From Candidatus Altiarchaeota archaeon (GTDB lineage: Archaea > Altiarchaeota > Altiarchaeia > IMC4 > SCGC-AAA252-I15), in NCBI GenBank assembly GCA_043800255.1, contig JAZDNF010000009.1, positions 293,847-357,846 of the forward strand: 64,000 nucleotides of DNA. The letters are read 5' to 3'. The notes beneath the pieces are model-generated. The model saw only the letters and a program-made list of their open reading frames with translations, did not search any database and was not told the origin of the DNA. Below, piece after piece: positions 26,895 to 35,393 of the stretch. Position 1 is the first letter of the stretch. Every line of letters begins with the position of its first letter. The position numbers were made by a program, and so were the translations under genes.

Positions 26895-27509
26895 TCATGC
26901 TATTTTACTTAGCGATTCCTCGACCAGCCTGCTGATGTCAAGAGCTTCTTCCATGGACTTTATGAAAGCGCTGTCGGCTTTCGTCGCAGGCTTATTTGGG
27001 ACAAGGCCGCAGCACAGGCCGGGCCGTATTGATATCTCATAGGTTCCAATCTCTTTCGCGACTTCTATGATGTCCTCCTTGTCGAATCCTATGAGAGGGC
27101 GTACGACGGGGATGGACACTGCCGCCTCTATGGCCTTCAGATTGCTCAGGGTCTGTGAGGCCACCTGTCCAAGCGACTCGCCGGTGAGTATGCCCTCCAG
27201 CCCTTTGTCCTTTGCTATCCTCTCGGCAAGCCTTAGCATCATCCTCTTGCACAGGACGCACTGGAACTTCCGGTTCTTCCTGAGGAAGGCCGAGTAGCTG
27301 GCACCGAATGGTATGACAAGCTTAAGTATGGTTCGCGAGGTCTTGCGTTCGAGCTGCCTTACGAGCTCGTGAAAGTTGTTCAGAGTGCGTGAGTCGGTGT
27401 ATGCGCTGTTGTCGAAGTGTATTGCAACAATATCATGGCCTTTCGCCAGCATCAGGTACGCTGCGACAGGCGAGTCAATCCCGCCCGAAATCAGAGCCGC
27501 GAGTTTCAT
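26895..27509 (-). CDS. ThiI-like PP-loop sulfurtransferase, catalytic domain only (no THUMP)
   Basis: SGGIDS, CVLC, TGESLGQVASQTL, PLIGFDKEDI, LCC; only 204 aa. Confidence 0.85.
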   Translation of the reverse strand: MKLAALISGGIDSPVAAYLMLAKGHDIVAIHFDNSAYTDSRTLNNFHELVRQLERKTSRTILKLVIPFGASYSAFLRKNRKFQCVLCKRMMLRLAERIAKDKGLEGILTGESLGQVASQTLSNLKAIEAAVSIPVVRPLIGFDKEDIIEVAKEIGTYEISIRPGLCCGLVPNKPATKADSAFIKSMEEALDISRLVEESLSKIA

Positions 27510-27682
27510 CCTCCGTAGGTTGCCTTGATGAACTCGACACAGTCTGCGGCGGAGATGGGCTCGTCTTTAGGGCACAAGGTCCCGTTCTTCACGGCAAGGT
27601 AGCTGCTCGAATCCACTTCAAGCTTGTCCATCAGCTCCTTGACCGTTTTGCAGTCCCTGTGCAAGCTGCAGTCTATCTCCAT
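27506..27682 (-). CDS. Ubiquitin-like sulfur carrier (ThiS/MoaD/SAMP-like)
   Basis: 58 aa from ATG 27682: TVKELMDKL...AVKNG...VEFIKATYGG* (C-terminal GG); 4 Cys. Confidence 0.85.
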   Translation of the reverse strand: MEIDCSLHRDCKTVKELMDKLEVDSSSYLAVKNGTLCPKDEPISAADCVEFIKATYGG

Positions 27683-27684
27683 CT

Positions 27685-28848
27685 TCAAGCAACCTCCATG
27701 CCGTTCTCCCTCGCAATCTCCTTGAACGACTCTGACAGGTGTTTTATCTGATCCCAGTTGAGACCGTATGTGTTCAGCTTCCACTCCATTGTGGCCCCAG
27801 GGAACGGCCCAAGGATTCCGCGGCCTTCAAGCGCGCTCGACAGGAAGTAGCCGCGCTTCCTGTGGCCTTCAGCCACCTTGTTGAAGCTGTCACTAGTGTC
27901 GACTTTCGTCAGGGTGTGCTTCCGCGGCATCTCGCTCAGGACCCTGCTGCCCTTCACCTTCAGGAACTCGTCCATGAAATAGTTCACCTTCTTGACTTCA
28001 TCATCCCAGTGTTTGACCCTCTCTTTGACCTTCGGGAAAGACGCTATCATCGAAATAAGAGGGGCGCCCATCACAGTGCAACCCAGGAGCTCCGTCTCCT
28101 TGATGCCGAACTTCCTCCCCGTTATGTCACCTTTCAACGAGGTTGTCCTGAAGACCTTCTGAGCATACTCTTCGGTTGTTGCCAGAACGCCTGACGGCGC
28201 AGCGGATGCCATCGACTTGTGCCCTGAGCCTACTATGAAGTCGGCGTTCAGTTTCTTCCCGTCAACCGGCATAGTGCCGACAGTGTATGCGCCGTTGTAC
28301 AGAAATGGGACGTCATGCTCATGGCATACTTTGCCGATTTCGGCGACAGGGTGCAGGTTACCGTACAGGTAGTCGACATGGTGTATCGCCACCAGCTTAG
28401 GCTTGAGTTCCTCTATTTTTCTCTCGACAGCGTCTGCTGTTATGATATGATTCTCGTCCAACGGCACTTCCTTCCAGACGGCGCCTGCGGACTCGATGGC
28501 AAGGCACAGCGAATAGTGGGCGAGGGAGCTGACCAGTGCAACATCCCCTTTATCGAGTAGGCTGTTCGCGACGATCTGGAACGCGTTTCTCGCGCCCCTC
28601 ACCACCCTGGCCTGGTCCATGTTCACGAACTTGGCAAGCTCCTCATAGAACGCCCCGATGGGCGGCTTCTGTATCTTGTCCAGCCTGAACGGCTTGAAGC
28701 AGAAGTCGCATGTCGAGTAGCCGTCGCCGTAGGATATGATGGCCTTCCTCGCCTCCAACGTAAGCCTCCCGGCTGCCTGTATGGGCTGGATGTTTATGTA
28801 ATCCTCCTCCCTGCTGCGTATCGGGAGGGCATCTGTTATGTTTGTCAT
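27685..28848 (-). CDS. pscS: Sep-tRNA:Cys-tRNA synthase (SepCysS)
   Basis: INIQPIQAAGRLT, DGYSTCDFC, GAR, AHYS, YNGAY, SGHKSMA (PLP Lys), ELLGCT. Confidence 0.93.
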   Translation of the reverse strand: MTNITDALPIRSREEDYINIQPIQAAGRLTLEARKAIISYGDGYSTCDFCFKPFRLDKIQKPPIGAFYEELAKFVNMDQARVVRGARNAFQIVANSLLDKGDVALVSSLAHYSLCLAIESAGAVWKEVPLDENHIITADAVERKIEELKPKLVAIHHVDYLYGNLHPVAEIGKVCHEHDVPFLYNGAYTVGTMPVDGKKLNADFIVGSGHKSMASAAPSGVLATTEEYAQKVFRTTSLKGDITGRKFGIKETELLGCTVMGAPLISMIASFPKVKERVKHWDDEVKKVNYFMDEFLKVKGSRVLSEMPRKHTLTKVDTSDSFNKVAEGHRKRGYFLSSALEGRGILGPFPGATMEWKLNTYGLNWDQIKHLSESFKEIARENGMEVA

Positions 28849-29018
28849 AATTTCGCCTCTAAGTTGTCCAGCGCCTTCCTCGCCTTCTTCAGAGCCTTCT
28901 CAAGGCGCGTCTTCTGCTCAACGTTGAGCTTATGCCCTGGCGCAGTCTCCCTCAGGAGTTCCCTGATGTCTTCCAGCGCGAACAGGCCGTTAAACAATGC
29001 TTCCGTTTCCTCGGTCAT
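28845..29018 (-). CDS. SepCysSn-like small helical partner (SepCysE N-terminal homolog); not in ORF track
   Basis: 57 aa MTEETEALFNGLFALEDIRELLRETAPGHKLNVEQKTRLEKALKKARKALDNLEAKL*; ATGA overlaps with both thiF and pscS. Confidence 0.8.
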   Translation of the reverse strand: MTEETEALFNGLFALEDIRELLRETAPGHKLNVEQKTRLEKALKKARKALDNLEAKL

Positions 29019-29794
29019 CTTGTTCCTCTAATATAATTTTTTTGACCTTTATTAATGTCATTTTGGGAGCATGCCCTGCATTCCGGATTCTTTCTCAGTT
29101 TTATCTCCCTGAACGTCATGCTGCCGCCGTCGTATACTAGGAGGCGGTCGTATAAGGGCTGTCCTAAACCTGTCAGGATTTTGATGACTTCCGTGGCCTG
29201 TATTGTTCCGACAACGCCTGGCGTGCTCCCCAGGACAGGGAACTTTTTAACAGGCGGCGCTGTAGGGTAAACGCACGCGAAGCAGGCGGTCTTGGGAGGG
29301 TTGAATACTGTCACTCTGCCCTCCAGGCCGGAAACGCTGCCGTGGACGAGGGGGATTCCGCTGTCCACTGAGACCTTGTTCAGGACATGCCGGGTGTCAA
29401 TGTTATCCAGGCAGTCCACGATCACATCAGAGTTAGCCACCAGCCGTCTGGCATTCATCTCATCGATCTTATTCATCACACCCTCTAAGCTCACATTCGA
29501 ATTCAGCTTAGAGAGCTTTTCGACGGCAGACTCGACCTTCATCCTGCCGACGTCATCCTCGTTGTGCAGAACCTGCCGGTTCAGGTTGCTCAGCTCGACT
29601 CTGTCCTTGTCCGCTATTATGAGCTTCCCGACGCCGGCAACTGTGAGGTATGTCAGGACAGGGCTGCCCAGGCCTCCGACGCCGGCCACGAAAACGGTAG
29701 AATTGCTGAGCCTTTTCTGACCTCGCTCTCCGAATCCGTCTATCATCAGCTGCCGGTCATACCTCTCAAATTCTTTTTTATCAGTCCTTCCCAT
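29015..29794 (-). CDS. ThiF/MoeB/UbaA E1-like adenylyltransferase
   Basis: RYDRQ, GVGGLG, DRVELSNLNRQ, DCLDN, CFAC, CRAC. Confidence 0.92.
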   Translation of the reverse strand: MGRTDKKEFERYDRQLMIDGFGERGQKRLSNSTVFVAGVGGLGSPVLTYLTVAGVGKLIIADKDRVELSNLNRQVLHNEDDVGRMKVESAVEKLSKLNSNVSLEGVMNKIDEMNARRLVANSDVIVDCLDNIDTRHVLNKVSVDSGIPLVHGSVSGLEGRVTVFNPPKTACFACVYPTAPPVKKFPVLGSTPGVVGTIQATEVIKILTGLGQPLYDRLLVYDGGSMTFREIKLRKNPECRACSQNDINKGQKNYIRGTR

Positions 29795-29873
29795 GGTTCT
29801 CGCCAAGTCTATCTTCAATATTATCTGGGAACGCGTTTAATAACTCGCAGACAGTTGCAACCAAATGTTGGAA

Positions 29874-31286
29874 TTAATCGTCAACTGCTTTGACTCTCTC
29901 AGCAAGCGTGGAACCATCCGGCTGGTCTGTAAGAGCCAAGCCGCCTCTCAGGAGCTCGTCTCTGATTCTGTCAGCCTCAGCCCACTTTTTGTTCAACCTC
30001 AAGAGCCGTCTCTTTTCGACCAGAGCGCTCTCCTCCTCCGTTAATTCTACAGCCTCAGAGGGCAGCGTGATGCCCAGGGCATTCAGAAGCCGGCCTAGGA
30101 TGTCCAACGCGCCTTTGATAGACTCGGCAGACTCGTTTCCGCCGTCTAGCAGAGGGTTTATGCGCTTTACAGCATCGAAGAGCGAGGCAACAGCCTGGGA
30201 CGTGTTGAAGTCGTTGTTCATGTGCCCTATGAAGTCAGACTCCGCCCCCTCCATCACATCAAGTGCAATATGATCTCCGGAGTCTGTGGACTTAGCTATG
30301 GCATCCCCCAGAGCCCGCCTGAAGTTGCCCAACCTTTTGAGCGCGCTCTCGGCTTTCGCCACGTTCTCGCTGCTGTAATCTATGGGGCTCCTGTAGTTTG
30401 TCTGGAGCACAAAAAGTCTCAGAGCGCTTGCACTGTGCCCTTTTAGGAAATCTCTCACGGATATTATGTTCCCAAGCGACTTGCTCATCTTCTCGCCTGT
30501 CGAGTTGAGGAAGCCGGTGTGAAGCCAGTATCTTACAAAAGGCTTTTTCCCGCTTAACGACTCGCTCTGCGCTATCTCGTTCTCATGGTGGGGGAATATC
30601 AGATCCAACGCTCCGCCGTGGATGTCAAACCTGTCCCCAAGATATTTTTGTGACATCACGGAGCATTCGATATGCCACCCAGGCCTGCCGCGACCCCAGA
30701 GACTGTCGAATCCCAGCTCATCTTCTGAGGATTCCTTCCACAGGGAGAAATCGAGCGGAGACCTCTTGCCAGAATCGTGTTCGACCCTGTGCCTGTCCAG
30801 CTCCTCCGTCTTCTGGTTCGAGAGTCTGCCATAGTCTGGAAAGGTTGAAACGTCAAAGTATACGCTGCCTCCAACAGAGTAGGCGTGCCCTGAGTCTATC
30901 AGCTTCCTGACCGCATCTATTATGTCAGGAATATGCTCCGAAACCTTCGGGTATACGTCTGGTTCAAGCAGTCCAAGGTTTTTCCTGTCCTCTGACGCCC
31001 TCTCAGAGAATTCCTTCGAAAGTTCGAGCGGCGGAACACCCCTCTCAAGAGCCCTGTTGATTATCTTGTCGTCAACGTCTGTTATGTTCTGGACGTACGT
31101 CACCCTGTAACCGAGGGACTTCAGGTGCCTGAGGATGACGTCGAATGCGATGTATGTTCTAGCGTGTCCGATGTGCATGTAATCGTAGACTGTCAGGCCG
31201 CAGACGTAGACGCTGACCTCGCCCTCCCTGAGCGGTCTGAACTCCTCAATCTGCCTTGACAGCGTGTTATAAACTCTCAATGCCAT
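29874..31286 (-). CDS. cysS: Cysteinyl-tRNA synthetase
   Basis: YVCGLTVYD..HIGH, GRPGWHIECS, DLIFPHHENE, KMSKS. Confidence 0.97.
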   Translation of the reverse strand: MALRVYNTLSRQIEEFRPLREGEVSVYVCGLTVYDYMHIGHARTYIAFDVILRHLKSLGYRVTYVQNITDVDDKIINRALERGVPPLELSKEFSERASEDRKNLGLLEPDVYPKVSEHIPDIIDAVRKLIDSGHAYSVGGSVYFDVSTFPDYGRLSNQKTEELDRHRVEHDSGKRSPLDFSLWKESSEDELGFDSLWGRGRPGWHIECSVMSQKYLGDRFDIHGGALDLIFPHHENEIAQSESLSGKKPFVRYWLHTGFLNSTGEKMSKSLGNIISVRDFLKGHSASALRLFVLQTNYRSPIDYSSENVAKAESALKRLGNFRRALGDAIAKSTDSGDHIALDVMEGAESDFIGHMNNDFNTSQAVASLFDAVKRINPLLDGGNESAESIKGALDILGRLLNALGITLPSEAVELTEEESALVEKRRLLRLNKKWAEADRIRDELLRGGLALTDQPDGSTLAERVKAVDD

Positions 31287-31403
31287 TGTTGTGCGTTCTG
31301 AGGGGCTGAAAGCCCCTCATTACTCGCGGTTTGATTAAACTCCCAATCGACCTCTGGTCGATGGGCGCAAGTTGCCGGAGGCAACTTCGCGTTCTTAAAG
31401 TTT

Positions 31404-31474
31404 AGCGGAGAGGGGGAATTGAACCCCCATACACGGGGTTGCAGCCCGCTACATAGCCACTCTGTCATCTCCGC
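31404..31474 (-). tRNA. tRNA-Cys(GCA), A37, U73, CCA not encoded
   Basis: GCGGAGA TG ACAGAGTGGCTATGT A GCGGG CT GCA AC CCCGT GTAT GGGGG TTCAATT CCCCC TCTCCGC T folds as a cloverleaf. Confidence 0.95.
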
Positions 31475-31526
31475 GGATTAGTATGAGCGAGAGTGGGCGA
31501 CCTTAAGTCGCACCATCTCCGCACTC

Positions 31527-32111
31527 TCAGATGGTCCACTCTATCTCTTTCGCGCAAACCTCGCAGGGGTCTTTGAATCTGACGTATGCGCCTTCCATTA
31601 CCCTGAGCCTGCCTTTGGGGCAGACTACGGTTGAATTCTCAGGTATGTCGTCGACTATGACTGACAGGGCGCCTATTTTCGAGTTCTTTTTTATGGTGAC
31701 CGGCCCGAGTACTGCGGCTCCGACGCCTATGGTGACATTGTCCTCTAGGGTTGGGTGCCTCTTCTCTCCTTTTTTGTCTCTCCACCATCCGTGGCCGCCG
31801 AGGGTGACGCCCTGATAGAGCATCACATTGTCGCCGATTTCGGCTGTCTCGCCGATTACAACGCCGGTAGCGTGGTCTATGAAAAAGTTCTTACCTATTT
31901 TCGCGCCAGGATGTATTTCAGCCCCTGCGAGGAATCTCCCAAAGTAGGATATTGCCCGCGGTATTATCGGTATGCCCAGCGTGTGGAGGAAATGCGACAC
32001 CCTGTAAAGTATTATCGCCTGGACTCCAGGGTAGAATATAACCTCCAGGTAGTTTATGCCGCCCCTCAGCGCAGGATCCTTCCGGTATGCTGTCCTGAAC
32101 ACTTCAAACAC
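31527..32111 (-). CDS. cysE: Serine O-acetyltransferase
   Basis: [38 protein letters not shown]; GTG start overlapping the cysK end. Confidence 0.93.
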   Translation of the reverse strand: MFEVFRTAYRKDPALRGGINYLEVIFYPGVQAIILYRVSHFLHTLGIPIIPRAISYFGRFLAGAEIHPGAKIGKNFFIDHATGVVIGETAEIGDNVMLYQGVTLGGHGWWRDKKGEKRHPTLEDNVTIGVGAAVLGPVTIKKNSKIGALSVIVDDIPENSTVVCPKGRLRVMEGAYVRFKDPCEVCAKEIEWTI

Positions 32112-33033
32112 TTTGCTCCCTCTTTTCGTATAACTGTGTTGACAGGTATCTCTCGCCTGTGTCAGGTATAACAACAACGACGCGCTTGCCCTTGCCAAGC
32201 CTATTAGCGACTTGCAACGCGGCCCACGTGTTGGCTCCAGCTGATATGCCTGCGAGTATGCCCTCCTCCAAAGCCAGCCGCTCAGATGTCTTGAATGCAT
32301 CCTCGTTTGTCACCTGTATGGTCTCGTCTATGAGGCCGACATCGAGTATGTCTGGGATGAAGCCAGCTCCGATGCCCTGTATCTTATGGGGCCCCGGCTT
32401 CCCGCCGGAGATGACAGGAGATGCTGTCGGCTCGACGGCGATGAACTTCGCCTTCGGCAGTTTCTTTTTAAGTACTGACGCGACGCCGGTTATGGTCCCG
32501 CCTGTGCCCACGCCGACTACGAATGCGTCGAACGTCTTAACCTCCTTCAGCAGTTCCTGCGCCGTGGTCTCCATATGCGCCTTCACGTTCGCCCTGTTCT
32601 TGAATTGCTGGGGTATGAAAACGTGCGAGTCTTCCTTGGCAAGCTCCTCCGCCTTCTCTACGGCGCCTTTCATCCCCTTAGCGCCTTCCGTCAGGACCAG
32701 CTCGGCTCCGAACGCTTTCAGTATTTTCCTCCGCTCCAGGCTCATTGTCTCGGGCATGGTGAGTTTCAGCTTGTAGCCTTTGACCGCGCTGACCATGGCC
32801 AGGCCTATGCCGGTGTTACCAGATGTCGGTTCGACTATGATGCTGTCCTTGCCTATTATGCCCTCCTTCTCAGCCTCTTCTATCATGTACAGCGCTATCC
32901 TGTCCTTTACGGACGAACCTGGGTTGAAGAACTCCAGCTTTGCTATGACTTCCGCGTCATCCGGGCCCGTAAGTTTGTTCAGCCTTACGTGTGGCGTCCC
33001 GCCTATCGTTTCCAAAATGTTTTTGTGTATCAT
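32104..33033 (-). CDS. cysK: Cysteine synthase A
   Basis: [45 protein letters not shown]; GAGGTGA RBS at 33038-33044. Confidence 0.96.
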   Translation of the reverse strand: MIHKNILETIGGTPHVRLNKLTGPDDAEVIAKLEFFNPGSSVKDRIALYMIEEAEKEGIIGKDSIIVEPTSGNTGIGLAMVSAVKGYKLKLTMPETMSLERRKILKAFGAELVLTEGAKGMKGAVEKAEELAKEDSHVFIPQQFKNRANVKAHMETTAQELLKEVKTFDAFVVGVGTGGTITGVASVLKKKLPKAKFIAVEPTASPVISGGKPGPHKIQGIGAGFIPDILDVGLIDETIQVTNEDAFKTSERLALEEGILAGISAGANTWAALQVANRLGKGKRVVVVIPDTGERYLSTQLYEKREQSV

Positions 33034-33063
33034 GTTATCACCTCGATCGTGTTTGAGTAAATG

Positions 33064-33078
33064 AAAAAAAACAAAAAA
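33064..33078 (-). terminator. U-tract (U6-G-U8), putative archaeal terminator/attenuator in the cysK leader
   Basis: Plus strand aaaaaaaacaaaaaa between the leader-peptide stop and the cysK RBS. Confidence 0.6.
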
Positions 33079-33119
33079 GATTGTACAAGTCCGGTTATAG
33101 AGTAGTCTGTGCGAGGCCT

Positions 33120-33197
33120 TCAGAGCCTACACTGACAGCAACAGCAGCAGAATCCAGTCGGAGTTCCCCTCCCCTGATGCACTTTCTGCGGGTTCAT
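33120..33197 (-). CDS. Poly-cysteine leader peptide (25 aa) upstream of cysK; not in ORF track
   Basis: [25 protein letters not shown]; Cys codons TGC TGC TGT TGC TGT (CAG) TGT. Confidence 0.8.
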   Translation of the reverse strand: MNPQKVHQGRGTPTGFCCCCCQCRL

Positions 33198-33208
33198 TTT
33201 TTAACAGC

Positions 33209-33238
33209 TGTTAGTATTGTAACAAACGCATATAAATA
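33209..33238. promoter_or_regulatory. Bidirectional TATA box plus palindromic operator between the cys leader and a divergent regulator
   Basis: catataaata at 33229-33238 (TTTATATG on minus, TATAAATA on plus, about 24 nt before ATG 33262); TGTTA-N6-TAACA at 33209-33224. Confidence 0.6.
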
Positions 33239-33261
33239 CTTAACTATTGTTAATATTACAC

Positions 33262-33552
33262 ATGAAACTTCCGTGCGAGTATGCGATATGGTACGTTCTC
33301 CCGGATATAAGGGCCGAGATAGCGAGGGAGCTCATTGCACTGGGCCTGGACCAGAAGGAGGCGGCACAGAGACTCGGGGTGACTCCGGCAGCAGTGTCAC
33401 AATACATTCACAAGAAGAGAGGGGGCAAGAGCAGGCTGCCGAAGACCGCGAAGGGCAAGATAAAGAAGGCTGCCAAGAGGATAAAGGACAGCAGAAAGGA
33501 GAGGGACATCCTAAAGGTCATATGCGAAACCTGCATGAGCATACGAACATAA
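33262..33552 (+). CDS. Archaeal HTH transcriptional regulator with Cys motifs
   Basis: PCE..VLPDIRAEIAREL, QKEAAQRLGVTPAAVSQY..KRG, C-terminal CETC; probably leaderless. Confidence 0.85.
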   Translation: MKLPCEYAIWYVLPDIRAEIARELIALGLDQKEAAQRLGVTPAAVSQYIHKKRGGKSRLPKTAKGKIKKAAKRIKDSRKERDILKVICETCMSIRT

Positions 33553-33566
33553 TCCCGCAGCCGCCC

Positions 33567-33893
33567 TTACTTCAGGAAGTCGGGTTTCGCAGGCTTCAGT
33601 TTGTCGGCTACCTCGAGAACAACGGGTGACTTCGATGTCGCATGGATCCACATGGACACCAAGAACGTGGCTGAAAACAGCAGGCAGAACACATCATAGT
33701 CCAAGCCAAGATATTCTACAATCTCAAGCAGCAAGTAGAAAATAAGCGATAAAACCAACAGCGTTAAGGACTTTTGCATTGTGAAGCGAGCCTCAAATAC
33801 CCCTAGGGATTTCCTCCGGAGAAAGACAGAGAGTAGGATAAGGACAGAGATTACGGCAATCGCGATTTCTATTACGTCTAAACTTGACGTCAA
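33567..33893 (-). CDS. Small 3-TM membrane protein
   Basis: Three hydrophobic segments; 4-nt overlap with the neighbour. Confidence 0.55.
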   Translation of the reverse strand: MTSSLDVIEIAIAVISVLILLSVFLRRKSLGVFEARFTMQKSLTLLVLSLIFYLLLEIVEYLGLDYDVFCLLFSATFLVSMWIHATSKSPVVLEVADKLKPAKPDFLK

Positions 33894-34159
33894 GCTCCCA
33901 CCCCCCGCACAAAACGAGTTAGCATTATAGAGGAGTAGAGTACAGACACTATAGCAAGAAATTCGGAGGGTTCTACAATCCAGTCCACCTCGTGAAAGGC
34001 GAAATGAGGCAGCAAAAGAAGGTTGAAAAGCAGTAGGCCGAGCAGAATCTTCCCATAGTTACTTTCCTTGAAGCGAGTGTAGGATAGCAAAGTGAGCGGA
34101 AACGCCATAGACAGCAGAATGAGGGAGATTTGTATGAACACGTTCATCCTGATTAACAA
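33890..34159 (-). CDS. Small 3-TM membrane protein
   Basis: Three hydrophobic segments; TATA-like box upstream. Confidence 0.55.
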   Translation of the reverse strand: MLIRMNVFIQISLILLSMAFPLTLLSYTRFKESNYGKILLGLLLFNLLLLPHFAFHEVDWIVEPSEFLAIVSVLYSSIMLTRFVRGVGA

Positions 34160-34262
34160 TCATATTACAGATATAAATGCTCAACCGAAATCGGATTGCG
34201 GTCTTTGATTCTGAGAGTACGCTGACATCTGCATGAGCATCAGGGGTCAGCATCCTAGTGAG

Positions 34263-35393
34263 CTAGCCGAGATACGTTTTCGCCTCGCCATTGAGGAAGT
34301 CGAGCAATAGGTTGCCCAGGGTGTTGTTGTAGATTAGGAACGTGTCGTGGCCGTAGGGGAGGTCCAGCTCCCTGTAGACTGTCGGCACACCAGCCTCCGC
34401 CAGCCCGGCTGCTATTTCTCCCACCTGCTCCGGCGGGTAAAGCCAGTCGGATGCAAACGACACCAGCAGGAACTTGGCCTTCACGTTCTTGAAAACGTCC
34501 CTGAGCTTCTTCCTCCCGCCTTCAGTAAGGTCGAACTGGTCGATGGCGTAGGTTATGTAAAGGTAGCTGTTCGCGTCGAAACGCCTGGCGAAGCTCTGAC
34601 CCTTGTAGTTGAAATAGCTCTGTATTTCGAACTCGACTCCGAATTTTGTATGAGCCTTGCCCCTCTTCCTCTTCCTGCCGAACTTCCGCTCCAGCGTGTC
34701 CTGGCTCAGGTATGTGATGTGGCCTATCTGCCTTGCTAGGGACAGGCCGTTTTTAGGCTGCTTCCTGTAGTTTCCGCCCTGCCAGGCGGGGTCGCTTAGT
34801 ATGATCTTCCTGCCTATGTCGTGGAATACTATCCCTAGTGAGTACTGTTTTGCCGACGTCGCTATCGGAATCGCAATGTGGACCGCTTCAGGGTAGTCTA
34901 CAGTCCACTGCAACGCCTGCATGCCGCCGAGGCTGCCGCCTGTGACGCAGAACAGCTTCTTTATTCCCAGATGGTCTATGAGCTTCTTCTGAGCCCTCAC
35001 CATGTCAGCCACGGTTATTATCGGGAAGTCGAGACGGTAGGGTCTTCCGGTTTTGGGATTGACAGACGACGGGCCTGTGGAGCCCTTGCAGCCGCCGATG
35101 ATGTTGCTGCATATCACGAAATACTTCTTCGTGTCGAAGGTTTTTCCAGGCCCTATTGCGACGTCATACCATCCGTTTTTTCTGCTGCTCTTCCTGTGCT
35201 TGCCAGCCGCATTGGCGTCGCCGCTCAGGGCGTGACATATCAGAACCGCGTTGGTTTTGTCTTTGTTCAGTTTCCCGTACGTCTCATAGGCTATTCTGAC
35301 AGGCTTCAGCTTTTCTCCGCTGTCCAGTCCGAGCTCGTCGAATTCAACATGTTTGGTCTTCACGACCCCGACTGAACCCGGTCTTTTTGTCAT
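34263..35393 (-). CDS. metX: Homoserine O-acetyltransferase
   Basis: CHALSG, GGCKGSTGP, GGSLGGMQ, RFDANSY, SDWLYP, YGHDTFL. Confidence 0.93.
   Translation of the reverse strand: MTKRPGSVGVVKTKHVEFDELGLDSGEKLKPVRIAYETYGKLNKDKTNAVLICHALSGDANAAGKHRKSSRKNGWYDVAIGPGKTFDTKKYFVICSNIIGGCKGSTGPSSVNPKTGRPYRLDFPIITVADMVRAQKKLIDHLGIKKLFCVTGGSLGGMQALQWTVDYPEAVHIAIPIATSAKQYSLGIVFHDIGRKIILSDPAWQGGNYRKQPKNGLSLARQIGHITYLSQDTLERKFGRKRKRGKAHTKFGVEFEIQSYFNYKGQSFARRFDANSYLYITYAIDQFDLTEGGRKKLRDVFKNVKAKFLLVSFASDWLYPPEQVGEIAAGLAEAGVPTVYRELDLPYGHDTFLIYNNTLGNLLLDFLNGEAKTYLG

Noticed and set aside
31277-31468. 63-aa ORF upstream of cysS
   Set aside because: It runs through the tRNA-Cys gene and the hairpins; spurious.
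31485-31526. Archaeal SECIS element after cysE
   Set aside because: No GAA/A internal-loop signature and no in-frame TGA in nearby genes.
33081-33629. 182-aa plus-strand ORF
   Set aside because: It overlaps the leader peptide, the promoter and the real regulator in another frame, with no recognisable motif.
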